This document shows, piece after piece, positions 29,365 to 38,363 of a stretch of DNA of 64,000 bases. Location: positions 17,851 to 81,850 of the forward strand of contig DFFP01000003.1 in NCBI GenBank assembly GCA_002372275.1. The letters are read 5' to 3'. How positions within the stretch are numbered: position 1 is the first letter of the stretch; every line of letters starts with the position of its first letter. The stretch is from Alphaproteobacteria bacterium UBA3773 (lineage in GTDB: Bacteria; Pseudomonadota; Alphaproteobacteria; RF32; CAG-239). Position numbers and translations under genes: made by a program. The notes beneath the pieces were generated by a model. It was not told the DNA's origin, did not search any database, and saw nothing but the letters and a program-made list of their open reading frames with translations.

Positions 29365-31248
29365 TTATTTTTTCTTCTTAAATTCAACAACCATCATTGT
29401 AATATCATCAAATTGCGGTGCTTTTTTAATGAATTTTTTAATGCATTGATGCACATATTCCAGCGTTTCGGATACTTTGACTTCTTTTTGGTTCAGCGCT
29501 TCAAGCAAGCGATCTTCCCCGAAAAATTTATTTTCTTTGGCCTGAGCCTCGGTCACACCGTCCGTATATAAAAACAACCTGTCATGTTCACTTAAGGTTA
29601 GCGTTTCCGTCTGAAAATCAAACCCTTCCATCACACCCAAAACAATATTTTTAGCCACATCAACATATTTATATACATTATTTGAGCGCACCAGCGGCGG
29701 ACAGTGTCCGGCGTTCACATATTCGATTATTCCCGTCTTAAAATCCAAAATACCGACAAACGCTGTCACAAACATCAAGGGCGAACTGGTGCTGCAAAGC
29801 GAATTATTTGCTTTTTCAATCGCCTGTTTTAAGGGGTATCCTGCCTGCAACATATTTTTAATTGCCGTTTTAGCCGACATCATATAAAGCGCAGCCGTAA
29901 TACCTTTCCCGCAAACGTCTGCCATCACAAGCCCCGCATGATTTTCATCCACCGGGAAAAAGTCATAAAAATCGCCTCCGACTTCTCGCGCCGGAATCAT
30001 CGAAGCATAAAGTTCAAAATAATCGGTTTTCGGAAAATCTTTCGGTAAAGCCGAATCCTGAATTGTTTTGGCAATTGCGAGTTCTGAAGCCAATTTTTCT
30101 TTTTCGGCCGAAATTTTTGCAAGCTCCGTTAAATGCGCTTTCATATCTGTTTTCATTTTATTAAAAGCGGCAGCCAATTTAGCCAATTCCGAAGGTTCCT
30201 TCAAATAAATTGTCCTGTCCAAATCTCCATCACTGATTTTTTGAGCAATATCGGTTAAGGTATCAATCGGTTGATTGATGTTTTTCTTTAAGACCTTATA
30301 CAAAACCGATACAATAACCATCATACTGACAAGCAAAACGCTGAGCAATACCACTAAATGATGAAACGCATTACTGAAAAGTTCCAAAAATGGAATATTG
30401 ACAATCAAAAACATTCCGTTACTGAGACGCTTGATATAAGGCACATACACTACCCCCTTATAATTAAAGCGAACGCCGTCTTTAAGCTCATCTGAATACC
30501 ACTTCATTTCTTTTAAGGATTGTCCCATCATTAAAGAATTATCAACGCCTTTTTCTGTCGTGGCAATCACGTAGTCATTCGTTTTATCCGCAAACAAAAC
30601 AAAGCTGTTCGGTGTCGGTTTAATGTTTAAGATAGATTTTAAAATCGTATCCAGTTCCCAATCCACCGTTGCCATACCGATTAAATCATCTCCGTTATAT
30701 ATTCCGGCGCCGATGGTCGTCATTAAAATACCGAGTTGCGTACTTTTATAAGGTCTTGTCCACGAAATTCTTTTACCGTTTTTTACGTCGTTTTTAATTT
30801 CTTTATACCAATTTTGGTCAAAATAATTAAAGGTGCCATCCACACAAGAATATAAAAGCTCAATTTTTCTGTTATCATCAAAAAGGGCATGTATGCAGTG
30901 ATTTTTATTTTTTTCATCTGCTTTATAGGGCAAAAAATAAATACCGTTTCCCATCGAATTCGGATAGTTTTTCAAAATACCTGTTACAAAAAACTCCGCA
31001 ATCTGCTGTATATTTCCTTTTTGATGATAAATTTCGCCCATCAAAGCTAAATCCAGTGCATTTTTTTCAAGCGCTGCAATTTCCGTATTAATTTGTTTTT
31101 CAAAAGCCGTAATTGAAGCATTATTGCTTGAAATAATGAGCTCTTTATCATGATAAAAAGCCATTGTTGCCGCACTGATAACCACAGCAGAGAGTGCAAT
31201 GAGCAATGCAAAAGTCACAAAAACAATTTTAGATTTAATGCTTTCCAC
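29365..31248 (-). CDS. Membrane sensor phosphatase: periplasmic Cache-like domain, HAMP, then a PP2C/SpoIIE (RsbU-like) phosphatase domain
   Basis: 627 aa. N-terminal TM, about 280-aa periplasmic region, second TM, HAMP (NINQPIDTLTDIAQKISDGDLDRTIYLKEPSELAKLAAAFNKM), then a SpoIIE domain (PAREVGGDFYDFF, GLVMADVCGKGI, LFLYTDGVTEA). Confidence 0.75.
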   Translation of the reverse strand: MESIKSKIVFVTFALLIALSAVVISAATMAFYHDKELIISSNNASITAFEKQINTEIAALEKNALDLALMGEIYHQKGNIQQIAEFFVTGILKNYPNSMGNGIYFLPYKADEKNKNHCIHALFDDNRKIELLYSCVDGTFNYFDQNWYKEIKNDVKNGKRISWTRPYKSTQLGILMTTIGAGIYNGDDLIGMATVDWELDTILKSILNIKPTPNSFVLFADKTNDYVIATTEKGVDNSLMMGQSLKEMKWYSDELKDGVRFNYKGVVYVPYIKRLSNGMFLIVNIPFLELFSNAFHHLVVLLSVLLVSMMVIVSVLYKVLKKNINQPIDTLTDIAQKISDGDLDRTIYLKEPSELAKLAAAFNKMKTDMKAHLTELAKISAEKEKLASELAIAKTIQDSALPKDFPKTDYFELYASMIPAREVGGDFYDFFPVDENHAGLVMADVCGKGITAALYMMSAKTAIKNMLQAGYPLKQAIEKANNSLCSTSSPLMFVTAFVGILDFKTGIIEYVNAGHCPPLVRSNNVYKYVDVAKNIVLGVMEGFDFQTETLTLSEHDRLFLYTDGVTEAQAKENKFFGEDRLLEALNQKEVKVSETLEYVHQCIKKFIKKAPQFDDITMMVVEFKKKK

Positions 31249-31359
31249 AGCTTTGTCCTTTTGTTTATTATCAACAATGGTTGTAATTTAGCTTATTTAT
31301 TTTTTTAATACAATAAACGTTTTTAAAAAATAAACAAACACCTTTTGTGCTTTTTGTTC

Positions 31360-31446
31360 AAATCTCGATATAGAAATATCGGACCAACAAAAAACCTCCC
31401 GCAAGGGGAGGCTTTTTTGTTGGTGATTTAAGCGAGATTTTTCTTG
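31360..31446. repeat. About 85-bp unit: T-arm-like segment, long terminator-like hairpin, then a degenerate tRNA-Glu 3'-end copy
   Basis: ttcaaatctcgatatagaaatatcggaccaacaaaaaacctccc-gcaa-ggggaggcttttttgttggtgatttaagcgagattttt. Its paralogous unit at 31603-31697 overlaps the true tRNA 3' end. Confidence 0.6.
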
Positions 31447-31602
31447 TCATGATGGTTCGCTTGAAGCTCACATCATGCCTTCGGTCACTCGTTTGTTAAT
31501 TTCGCCGCGGTCGCTTATACGCTTCCTTGCTCAAATAAACAAACTTCGCCTCTTGTGGTAAAAAATGCCGTTTAAGGCATTTTTTATCCTCGAGCTCGTC
31601 CC

Positions 31603-31697
31603 TCGTTCAAATCTCGGCATAGAAATACCGGACCAACAAAAAAAAACACACCGCAAGGGTGTGTTTTTTTTGTTGGTGATTCCAACGAGATTTGAAC
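31603..31697. repeat. Second copy of the about 85-bp hairpin unit, overlapping the tRNA-Glu 3' end. Long near-perfect palindrome.
   Basis: gttcaaatctcggcatagaaataccggaccaacaaaaaaaaacacacc-gcaa-gggtgtgtttttttttgttggtgattccaacgagatttgaac. Both the outer 12-bp arms and the inner arms are complementary. Confidence 0.6.
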
Positions 31698-31748
31698 TCG
31701 TGTTGCAGCCTTGAGAGGGCCGCGTCCTAACCACTAGACGATGGAACC
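31674..31748 (-). tRNA. tRNA-Glu with anticodon CUC as read, CCA encoded
   Basis: The minus strand reads GGTTCCATCGTCTAGTGGTTAGGACGCGGCCCTCTCAAGGCTGCAACACGAGTTCAAATCTCGTTGGAATCACCA. A 7-bp acceptor stem, D-arm, anticodon stem CGGCC/GGCTG with loop CTCTCAA, and T-arm ACGAG/CTCGT with loop TTCAAAT fold correctly. It aligns with bacterial tRNA-Glu. Confidence 0.7.
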
Positions 31749-31799
31749 GAAAAGGGTTTTATTCTTTTACCCTATTTTATTTTAATTTGCAAGATTTTT

Positions 31800-32723
31800 T
31801 TATTCTCCGCGATTTGAATCTGATTTTCTCTTTTTAAGTTTGGCTAATTTTTCGCTGACCAAACCCGTCTCACGCCCTGTTCTTGCCAGTCTGTCATACA
31901 TTCGTTCAATTTCTTTTTCCAAATAAGCGCGTTCAATTTCGCTTGCTAAATTTTGCTTCATTCCCTCCGTTCCAAAGCAGCGAATATTTTCTACCTCATC
32001 AAGCAAGTCTTCAACATAGCGATGCGTTTCTTCTTTCTTTTTGATAAAATAAGGCATTTCATAAGCTATTTGTCTGGCGTTGGCATAAGCTTCCGTCCCG
32101 TTTTCACAGTTATTATATTTCAGTTTCAAAAGCCTGAGTGCTGTTTCCGCCTCTTCGCTGTTATCCACCACAATAAAGGGCATACGTGTTGCAAATCCTG
32201 TTGCCGAAAGCTCTTTAAGCGTTTCCAAAATATGATAAAAGAAATTATCGATGTTATAAATAATAAACGGCTTGTTTTTCAAAAAACCGTCCTGCATAGC
32301 CACACAGTCATACGCAAGCTCATCTAACGTTCCGACCCCGCCCGGTGCAAACACGACCAAGTCAGCTTCCAAAAGCTTTTTCTTACGATTTTCAAGTGAA
32401 TCTTCAATCACAACTTCGCTGATTAAATTCAACAGTTCATCTTTTTCATAAAGGTCATAATATTCTTTTGTTGTGACCCCGATAATCGGAGCTGCTCCTT
32501 TTTCACCTTTGTCATTATTTTTAAGGTATTCATCAATCACACCGCGTGCCACGGCGCCCATCACACCCGAATTTGAAAATCCGTAATCCAAACGGAATCC
32601 CATTTTTGCAATAATTTTACCGAGTTTATAACTTTCTTCCACATAAATCGGATCAAAACCGTCCTGATGTCCGCCGGAGACGCAAACTCTCAAATTTCTT
32701 TTCACAACGCAGTCTTCTGTCAT
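31800..32723 (-). CDS. LOG-family (TIGR00730) Rossmann-fold protein, a putative cytokinin-riboside-5'-monophosphate phosphoribohydrolase-like enzyme with a C-terminal coiled-coil extension
   Basis: The motif FAPGGVGTLDELAY matches the LOG PGGxGTxxE signature, and VCVSGG lies near the N-terminus. Start chosen at the internal Met (MTEDCVVKRNLRVCVSGG) to avoid overlapping ctrA. Confidence 0.6.
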   Translation of the reverse strand: MTEDCVVKRNLRVCVSGGHQDGFDPIYVEESYKLGKIIAKMGFRLDYGFSNSGVMGAVARGVIDEYLKNNDKGEKGAAPIIGVTTKEYYDLYEKDELLNLISEVVIEDSLENRKKKLLEADLVVFAPGGVGTLDELAYDCVAMQDGFLKNKPFIIYNIDNFFYHILETLKELSATGFATRMPFIVVDNSEEAETALRLLKLKYNNCENGTEAYANARQIAYEMPYFIKKKEETHRYVEDLLDEVENIRCFGTEGMKQNLASEIERAYLEKEIERMYDRLARTGRETGLVSEKLAKLKKRKSDSNRGE

Positions 32724-32767
32724 TTTAAAACCTTTTTTAAAAAGATAAAATGATTGCTTAAAAAATT

Positions 32768-33463
32768 CTAGCCCTGATTTTCCGCCTCGTCCGGATCGCG
32801 CAAAACATAACCCCTGCCCCAAACGGTTTCAATATAGTTTTTACCGCCTGATGCTTTTTCAAGTTTCTTTCTGAGTTTACAAATAAACACATCAATAATT
32901 TTGAGTTCCGGCTCATCCATACCGCCATACAAATGGTTCAAGAATTGATCTTTATTTAAGGTCGAACCTTTGCGAAGCGACAAAAGCTCCATAATACCAT
33001 ATTCTTTACCTGTTAAATGAAGCGGTTTACCGCCGACAGTGACCGTTTGCGTGTCTAAATTAACCACGACATCACCTGTCTGAATGGTCGAGGTGGCATG
33101 ATCTTGTGAGCGACGAACAATGGCATGAATACGTGCCAAGAGTTCCGATCTGTCAAACGGTTTTGTTAAATAATCATCTGCCCCGAATCCTAAGCCTTTC
33201 ACTTTCTTATCCGGCCCCGTTAAACCCGACAAAATAAGTACCGGTGTTTTAACCTTTGCATTTCTTAAACTTCTTAAAACTTCATACCCGTTCATATCAG
33301 GCAGCATCAAATCCAAAATGATGATATCATAATCATAAACTTTGCCGATCTCTAAACCATCTTCACCCAAATCGGTTGAATAAACAACCATTCCCTCGTG
33401 TTTAAGCATCATTTCAATGCTTTGTGAAACGGCGTGATCATCTTCAATTAACAAAACTCTCAT
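32768..33463 (-). CDS. ctrA: Cell-cycle response regulator CtrA (OmpR family)
   Basis: [81 protein letters not shown]...[13 protein letters not shown] is near-colinear with alphaproteobacterial CtrA. Confidence 0.85.
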   Translation of the reverse strand: MRVLLIEDDHAVSQSIEMMLKHEGMVVYSTDLGEDGLEIGKVYDYDIIILDLMLPDMNGYEVLRSLRNAKVKTPVLILSGLTGPDKKVKGLGFGADDYLTKPFDRSELLARIHAIVRRSQDHATSTIQTGDVVVNLDTQTVTVGGKPLHLTGKEYGIMELLSLRKGSTLNKDQFLNHLYGGMDEPELKIIDVFICKLRKKLEKASGGKNYIETVWGRGYVLRDPDEAENQG

Positions 33464-33523
33464 TTCTTTCCCTTTCATTTAAAATGACTTCGATATTTTG
33501 CATGATAATGCACAAATTTTTAT

Positions 33524-33565
33524 TTGTTAACAATTATTAATAAGCTTGTTAATAATTATTAACAA
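33524..33565. promoter_or_regulatory. Imperfect 19-bp-arm palindrome with TTAA-N6-TTAA half-sites in the divergent ctrA/sodB promoter region. Candidate CtrA-box-like operator.
   Basis: ttgttaacaattattaata-AGCTT-gttaataattattaacaa, with TTAA half-sites at CtrA-like spacing. Confidence 0.3.
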
Positions 33566-33633
33566 ATCCCCTTGAAAGTGCTTAAAACAGGTCTATATCA
33601 GCTTTTATAAATTTTATGATAAAGGAAAAAAAT

Positions 33634-34203
33634 ATGTTTACACTACCTAAACTTTCTTATAGCTATACCGATTTAGAGCCTTACATGTCCGAGCAAACGC
33701 TTTTATTTCACCACACAAAACACCACCAATCATACATCGATAACTTAAATAAACTCATACAAAACACCGAATTTGAAGATTTAAGTTTAGAAGAGATTAT
33801 CCGGCAAACGGCAGATGACATTAAATATGAATCTATTTTCAACAATGCCGCGCAAACATATAACCATAATTTCTTTTTTGCGCATCTTTCCCCAAACGGT
33901 GCTCAAACGCCGCCGGCCGAGCTTTTCAAAGGCATTGAAAAAACTTTTGGCTCTTATGAAATTTTCAAAAGTGAATTTAAAAATGCAGCGCTCTCTCAGT
34001 TTGGCAGCGGCTGGGCGTGGCTTGCCGAAGACGGAAAAGAACATCTCAAAATTTTAAAAACATCAAATGCCGATACACCGATTGCACATCACTTAAAACC
34101 GCTTATGTGTATAGACGTTTGGGAGCACGCTTACTACCTTGATTTTCAAAACAGGCGCGCCGATTTTATCGACACCTTTTTAGATCACCTCATCAAGTGG
34201 TAA
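33634..34203 (+). CDS. sodB: Fe/Mn superoxide dismutase
   Basis: MFTLPKLSYSYTDLEPYMSEQTLLFHHTKHHQSYIDNLN, with a CIDVWEHAYYLD metal-ligand motif. Start set at the Met that matches the SOD N-terminus. Confidence 0.85.
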   Translation: MFTLPKLSYSYTDLEPYMSEQTLLFHHTKHHQSYIDNLNKLIQNTEFEDLSLEEIIRQTADDIKYESIFNNAAQTYNHNFFFAHLSPNGAQTPPAELFKGIEKTFGSYEIFKSEFKNAALSQFGSGWAWLAEDGKEHLKILKTSNADTPIAHHLKPLMCIDVWEHAYYLDFQNRRADFIDTFLDHLIKW

Positions 34204-34236
34204 AGTTCCGCTACATGACGCACTCGAAATTATCAT

Positions 34237-34268
34237 AAAAAAACCACCGAATTTCATCAGTGGTTTTT
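34237..34268. terminator. Hairpin followed by a T-run downstream of sodB
   Basis: aaaaaaccac-cgaatttcatca-gtggtttttt. Confidence 0.45.
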
Positions 34269-34293
34269 TAAGCATTTTTATTTTATTAAAAAC

Positions 34294-34785
34294 TTATTGC
34301 ACAAAAGTACAATGTTTTTCGATTTCTTTTTCAATTTTGATGGCATCATCTTTTTTCATCGCATAAAGCGGAACGGAAAAAGCGCCGTAACGAGAGGCAC
34401 GACTGAACTTTTGCATTGGTCTTAAGTTATAATTGGCATTTTTTTTAAGCTTAAATCTAATAAACGAACGTCCGAAAGTGCCGCTTTTCATTTTTTCGGC
34501 AAAATCAATATCTTTCCATTTCAAGAGCTCATTTTTATCAATGATAATTCCGTCAGATGTAATTTTCGCAAGTCTTTGAGGTTTCAAAAAAACATACCAC
34601 GCACTGATAGCGGCGAGCAGACCGATCACTTTAACCGAATTGACGAACACATTTTCAATAAACGTTGTTGCAAAAAAGTGCAATGCAAACCAAAGAACAA
34701 CCAGGCTCAAAACGGCCCAAACACATAATTTTCTGCGATCATAATAAAACTCTTTCATAACAAATCTCCCAAAAGCATAATCCAT
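34294..34785 (-). CDS. Hypothetical membrane protein
   Basis: 163 aa with two predicted TM helices (VWAVLSLVVLWFALHFFATTFI and VIGLLAAISAWYVFL). No recognisable motif. Confidence 0.4.
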   Translation of the reverse strand: MDYAFGRFVMKEFYYDRRKLCVWAVLSLVVLWFALHFFATTFIENVFVNSVKVIGLLAAISAWYVFLKPQRLAKITSDGIIIDKNELLKWKDIDFAEKMKSGTFGRSFIRFKLKKNANYNLRPMQKFSRASRYGAFSVPLYAMKKDDAIKIEKEIEKHCTFVQ

Positions 34786-34902
34786 ATCAAAACACTATGA
34801 AATTTTTTTAATAATATCAAGTAAAAAAAAATAGTCTTGCATTTTAGATATAATCGCGCTAAAACTGGGCACATAATTTTTTAACAGAACGGAACAAAAA
34901 AA

Positions 34903-36672
34903 ATGAATGAATATCGCACACATACTTGTGGAGAATTAAGAAAGGAAGACGCTGGCAAAACCGTATTGCTTTCCGGCTGGCTTCATCGCAAACGCAATTT
35001 AGGAAATCTTTGTTTTGTTGACCTTCGAGATCATTACGGCATTACACAATGCGTTTTTGATTCCTCTTCCGATTTATTTAATCAAATTCAAGATTTGCGC
35101 GTTGAAAGCGTTATCGGCGTTGAGGGGGAAGTTATCCTTCGCGAAAGCGTCAATAAAAATATGCCGACAGGCGATATTGAAATTAAAGTGCAAAAATTAA
35201 AGGTTTATTCCAAAGCCGACCAACTGCCCATTCAAGTTTCATTTGTCGATGATTCGCCTGAAGATTTGCGCCTCAAATATCGTTTTTTGGATCTGCGAAG
35301 AGAAAAACTTCACCAAAACATGCTGCTTCGCTCCAAAGTGATTGCCTCCATGCGAAAACTCATGACCGAACAGGGTTTTGTTGAATATCAAACCCCGATT
35401 TTAACGGCTTCTTCCCCTGAGGGTGCGCGTGACTTTTTGGTTCCGTCACGTATCAATCCCGGCAAATTTTATGCCCTGCCCCAAGCACCGCAACAGTTTA
35501 AACAACTTTTGATGGTCTCGGGCTTTGATAAATACTTCCAAATCGCACCGTGTTTTCGTGATGAAGACCCGCGTGCCGACCGCAGTCCGGGCGAATTTTA
35601 TCAACTTGATGTTGAAATGTCTTTTGCAACCCAAGAAGATGTTTTTGCCGTTTTAGAAAAAACCTTAAGCGGTGTATTTGCCGAGTTTGCAAACGGCCGA
35701 AAAGTTGATATGCCCCCATATAGAAGAATTCCTTATTTAGAATCCATGCTCAAATACGGCTCAGATAAACCGGATCTTCGAAATCCGCTTGTAATCATGG
35801 ATGCAACCGCCTTTTTCGGCCACTCCGGATTTGGTGTTTATGATGAAAAAGTTGCAAACGGCGATGAAGTTCGTGCGATTGTTTTGAAATCAACGGCCGA
35901 CAAACCCCGCTCATTTTTTGACAAGCTTGATGCTTATGCCAAAGAAGAAGACATGGGCGGCATGGCCTATATCGCACTTTCTTCAAGCGGTGCCAAAGGA
36001 ATCGCCAAGGTTTTCAGCGAAGAAAAATTAAATGAAGCCAAAAAGTTTTTTGGGCTTTGTGACGGCGACGCTGTGTTGTTGATGGCAGGCAAAAAAGACA
36101 AACTCAACAAATTTGCGGGATTTGTCCGCACCAAGGTAGGTCAAGAGCTTAACCTCATCGAAAAAGATGCTTTCCGTTTTTGCTGGATTATTGATTTCCC
36201 GATGTATGAAAAGAATGAAGAAACAGGCGCTGTTGAATTTTCACACAACCCGTTTTCCATGCCTCAAGGCGGTATGGATGCTCTTTTAAATAAGAATCCG
36301 CTTGATATTTTAGCTTATCAATATGACATTGTCTGCAACGGAATCGAGCTTTCCTCCGGTGCTGTCCGAAATCACGAACCCGAAATTATGTACAAAGCCT
36401 TTGAAATTGCCGGATACGGACACGATGTCGTTGACAATAAATTCGGCGGTATGATCAGCGCTTTCCACTATGGCGCCCCACCGCACGCCGGATGTGCCCC
36501 GGGGGTTGATCGTATCGTGATGTTACTTGCTGATGAACCAAACATCAGAGAAGTTATTTTGTTCCCCTTAAACGGTAAGGCGCAAGATTTACTCATGCAA
36601 GCGCCGAACACGGTTACCGAAGAACAACTCAAAGACCTTCATATTAAAATTGATTTAAAAGACGAAAAATAA
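34903..36672 (+). CDS. aspS: Aspartyl-tRNA synthetase
   Basis: 589 aa. N-terminal OB fold ([39 protein letters not shown]) and class II motifs ([14 protein letters not shown] and [23 protein letters not shown]). Confidence 0.9.
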   Translation: MNEYRTHTCGELRKEDAGKTVLLSGWLHRKRNLGNLCFVDLRDHYGITQCVFDSSSDLFNQIQDLRVESVIGVEGEVILRESVNKNMPTGDIEIKVQKLKVYSKADQLPIQVSFVDDSPEDLRLKYRFLDLRREKLHQNMLLRSKVIASMRKLMTEQGFVEYQTPILTASSPEGARDFLVPSRINPGKFYALPQAPQQFKQLLMVSGFDKYFQIAPCFRDEDPRADRSPGEFYQLDVEMSFATQEDVFAVLEKTLSGVFAEFANGRKVDMPPYRRIPYLESMLKYGSDKPDLRNPLVIMDATAFFGHSGFGVYDEKVANGDEVRAIVLKSTADKPRSFFDKLDAYAKEEDMGGMAYIALSSSGAKGIAKVFSEEKLNEAKKFFGLCDGDAVLLMAGKKDKLNKFAGFVRTKVGQELNLIEKDAFRFCWIIDFPMYEKNEETGAVEFSHNPFSMPQGGMDALLNKNPLDILAYQYDIVCNGIELSSGAVRNHEPEIMYKAFEIAGYGHDVVDNKFGGMISAFHYGAPPHAGCAPGVDRIVMLLADEPNIREVILFPLNGKAQDLLMQAPNTVTEEQLKDLHIKIDLKDEK

Positions 36673-36691
36673 GAAGGTATATTTTTTAACA

Positions 36692-36727
36692 GCACAAGGC
36701 ATAATCATCAGTGCCTTGTGCTTTTTT
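36692..36727. terminator. Bidirectional intrinsic terminator between convergent aspS and the oxidoreductase gene
   Basis: Perfect 10-bp stem gcacaaggca/tgccttgtgc with a 10-nt loop, followed by tttttt. Confidence 0.6.
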
Positions 36728-37637
36728 ATAAAAATACAGCGTTTTGAATTTGACGCGTTAAAATTTCATTCTTTTGATCAAACCTAAAAGACTTCCAATA
36801 ATTTTCATATTGATCATGCATACGATGAATTTTCGGCTTATTTTCATAAATACACCTGCCATCAAAATAAATTGTTTGTTTTTGATGATCAATTAAAATT
36901 CGTCCTTTTTCTGTTTCGATGACCGAAATTTTTTCAACGCCGCTTGTCATCCAATCGACCAATAAATCAAGTTCAACCCCATCTTTATTTTCAAAAGTTT
37001 TATGTGCATATCGCACCAAGCCCGAGACCGGATCCGTATCTTGTATTTCTCGTGTTTTTTTCAAATTTTCGATGTCAACCAAAAGCGCCATATCCGAAAA
37101 TAAATTTGATGCCACATCAACCCAGGCATCACCCAAACTTCTTTTTTCTTCTGCTACAATATGTTTTTCGCAATAAGCATATTGTTCATGTGCTGTAAAA
37201 GACCACCTTTTTATTTTTCCGAATTCCGATATATGGTCTTTCAAATACTTCATTTCATCGCCATACCTAAAATGATAAACAACATCAAAACGCACATGAT
37301 TTTGACGCGCTGTCTGATAAAGAATTTCTGTTTGTTCAAGGCTGCAACAAAGCGGTTTTTCAATTAAAGCATTAAATCCTTGTTCCAAAACATCTTTTAA
37401 GATTTTAAAATGATTTTGAACTCCGACACAAATATGCACGACATCAGGCTTTTGCTCAAACAACATTTTTTTATAATCCGTGTAGAAAGGAAGATTCGGA
37501 AATACTTGCGTGTGTGCCACACAATTTTCATTCACATCAGCCAAAGCGATTAAGCTGAGATTTTGAGAATTACATAATCCCGTTTTATAAAACTTTGTAA
37601 TATACCCGCCGCCGATCAACACAATTTTTTGCATCAT
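36726..37637 (-). CDS. Gfo/Idh/MocA-family NAD(P)-dependent oxidoreductase
   Basis: The N-terminal Rossmann motif MQKIVLIGGGYITKFY and overall length match the family. Start trimmed to MMQK. Confidence 0.55.
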   Translation of the reverse strand: MMQKIVLIGGGYITKFYKTGLCNSQNLSLIALADVNENCVAHTQVFPNLPFYTDYKKMLFEQKPDVVHICVGVQNHFKILKDVLEQGFNALIEKPLCCSLEQTEILYQTARQNHVRFDVVYHFRYGDEMKYLKDHISEFGKIKRWSFTAHEQYAYCEKHIVAEEKRSLGDAWVDVASNLFSDMALLVDIENLKKTREIQDTDPVSGLVRYAHKTFENKDGVELDLLVDWMTSGVEKISVIETEKGRILIDHQKQTIYFDGRCIYENKPKIHRMHDQYENYWKSFRFDQKNEILTRQIQNAVFL

Positions 37638-37727
37638 ACGTTTCCTTTCATAAATCATCTTTAAAAATATCCTTGAAAATTTTTAAAAAAATGATAAAAT
37701 GTTTCTGTTTTTTTTAGGAGAATAAAT

Positions 37728-38363
37728 ATGACATCAAAATCAGCACATGATGAAGCAAATATAATAAGAAGCGGCTTATATGAAAACCAGATTGAGCCGA
37801 CAGACGCCTTAAGATTATCTGCTCGCATTGAAGGTGAAGAAACCGCCAAGCGTGATATTGTCTTTCATGCTTTGCAAAATAATTCTTCTCTTGAAATGCT
37901 TCACATGTCATTAGATATTGCCGCTACAATGAAATATCCGTCTCCTAAATTTCAAGTTTTATCTGAAATTTTAAAAAAATGCCCGAATAATTTTGAGCAA
38001 TCTGTGATTATTGATTACAAAGCCATAAAACAATCTGAGACCGTTGACGGGGCCTCTGCCGAAAAATCCGAAATCATTGAAACGATTTGCGGACGTGAAA
38101 ATAGGATGCCCATGTCCTTGTTTAATGAGATGGTTCATCTGTCTTCCACGCTTTACGATTCGGATTGTGTCCCCAATGCTTTTGCCGCACTTTCAAAACG
38201 TCCGGAATGTCAAATGAGTCACATTCAACATTTCACAGACATCGTCAATGGTCATGTTACAGATGAAAACAGAAGATCAAATTTATTAAAACAAATCACA
38301 AGCGCACCGATCTGCGTTCAAGCCCGTCAAAAGCATTCTGTTAAACGTTCAAATACGCTTTAA
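37728..38363 (+). CDS. Hypothetical protein
   Basis: 211-aa ORF with a plausible RBS (taggagaataaatATG). No recognisable motif. Confidence 0.4.
   Translation: MTSKSAHDEANIIRSGLYENQIEPTDALRLSARIEGEETAKRDIVFHALQNNSSLEMLHMSLDIAATMKYPSPKFQVLSEILKKCPNNFEQSVIIDYKAIKQSETVDGASAEKSEIIETICGRENRMPMSLFNEMVHLSSTLYDSDCVPNAFAALSKRPECQMSHIQHFTDIVNGHVTDENRRSNLLKQITSAPICVQARQKHSVKRSNTL

Noticed and set aside
31531-31734. Track ORF 31531-31734(-)
   Set aside because: It overlaps the tRNA-Glu gene and the hairpin repeat unit. It reads through tRNA sequence.
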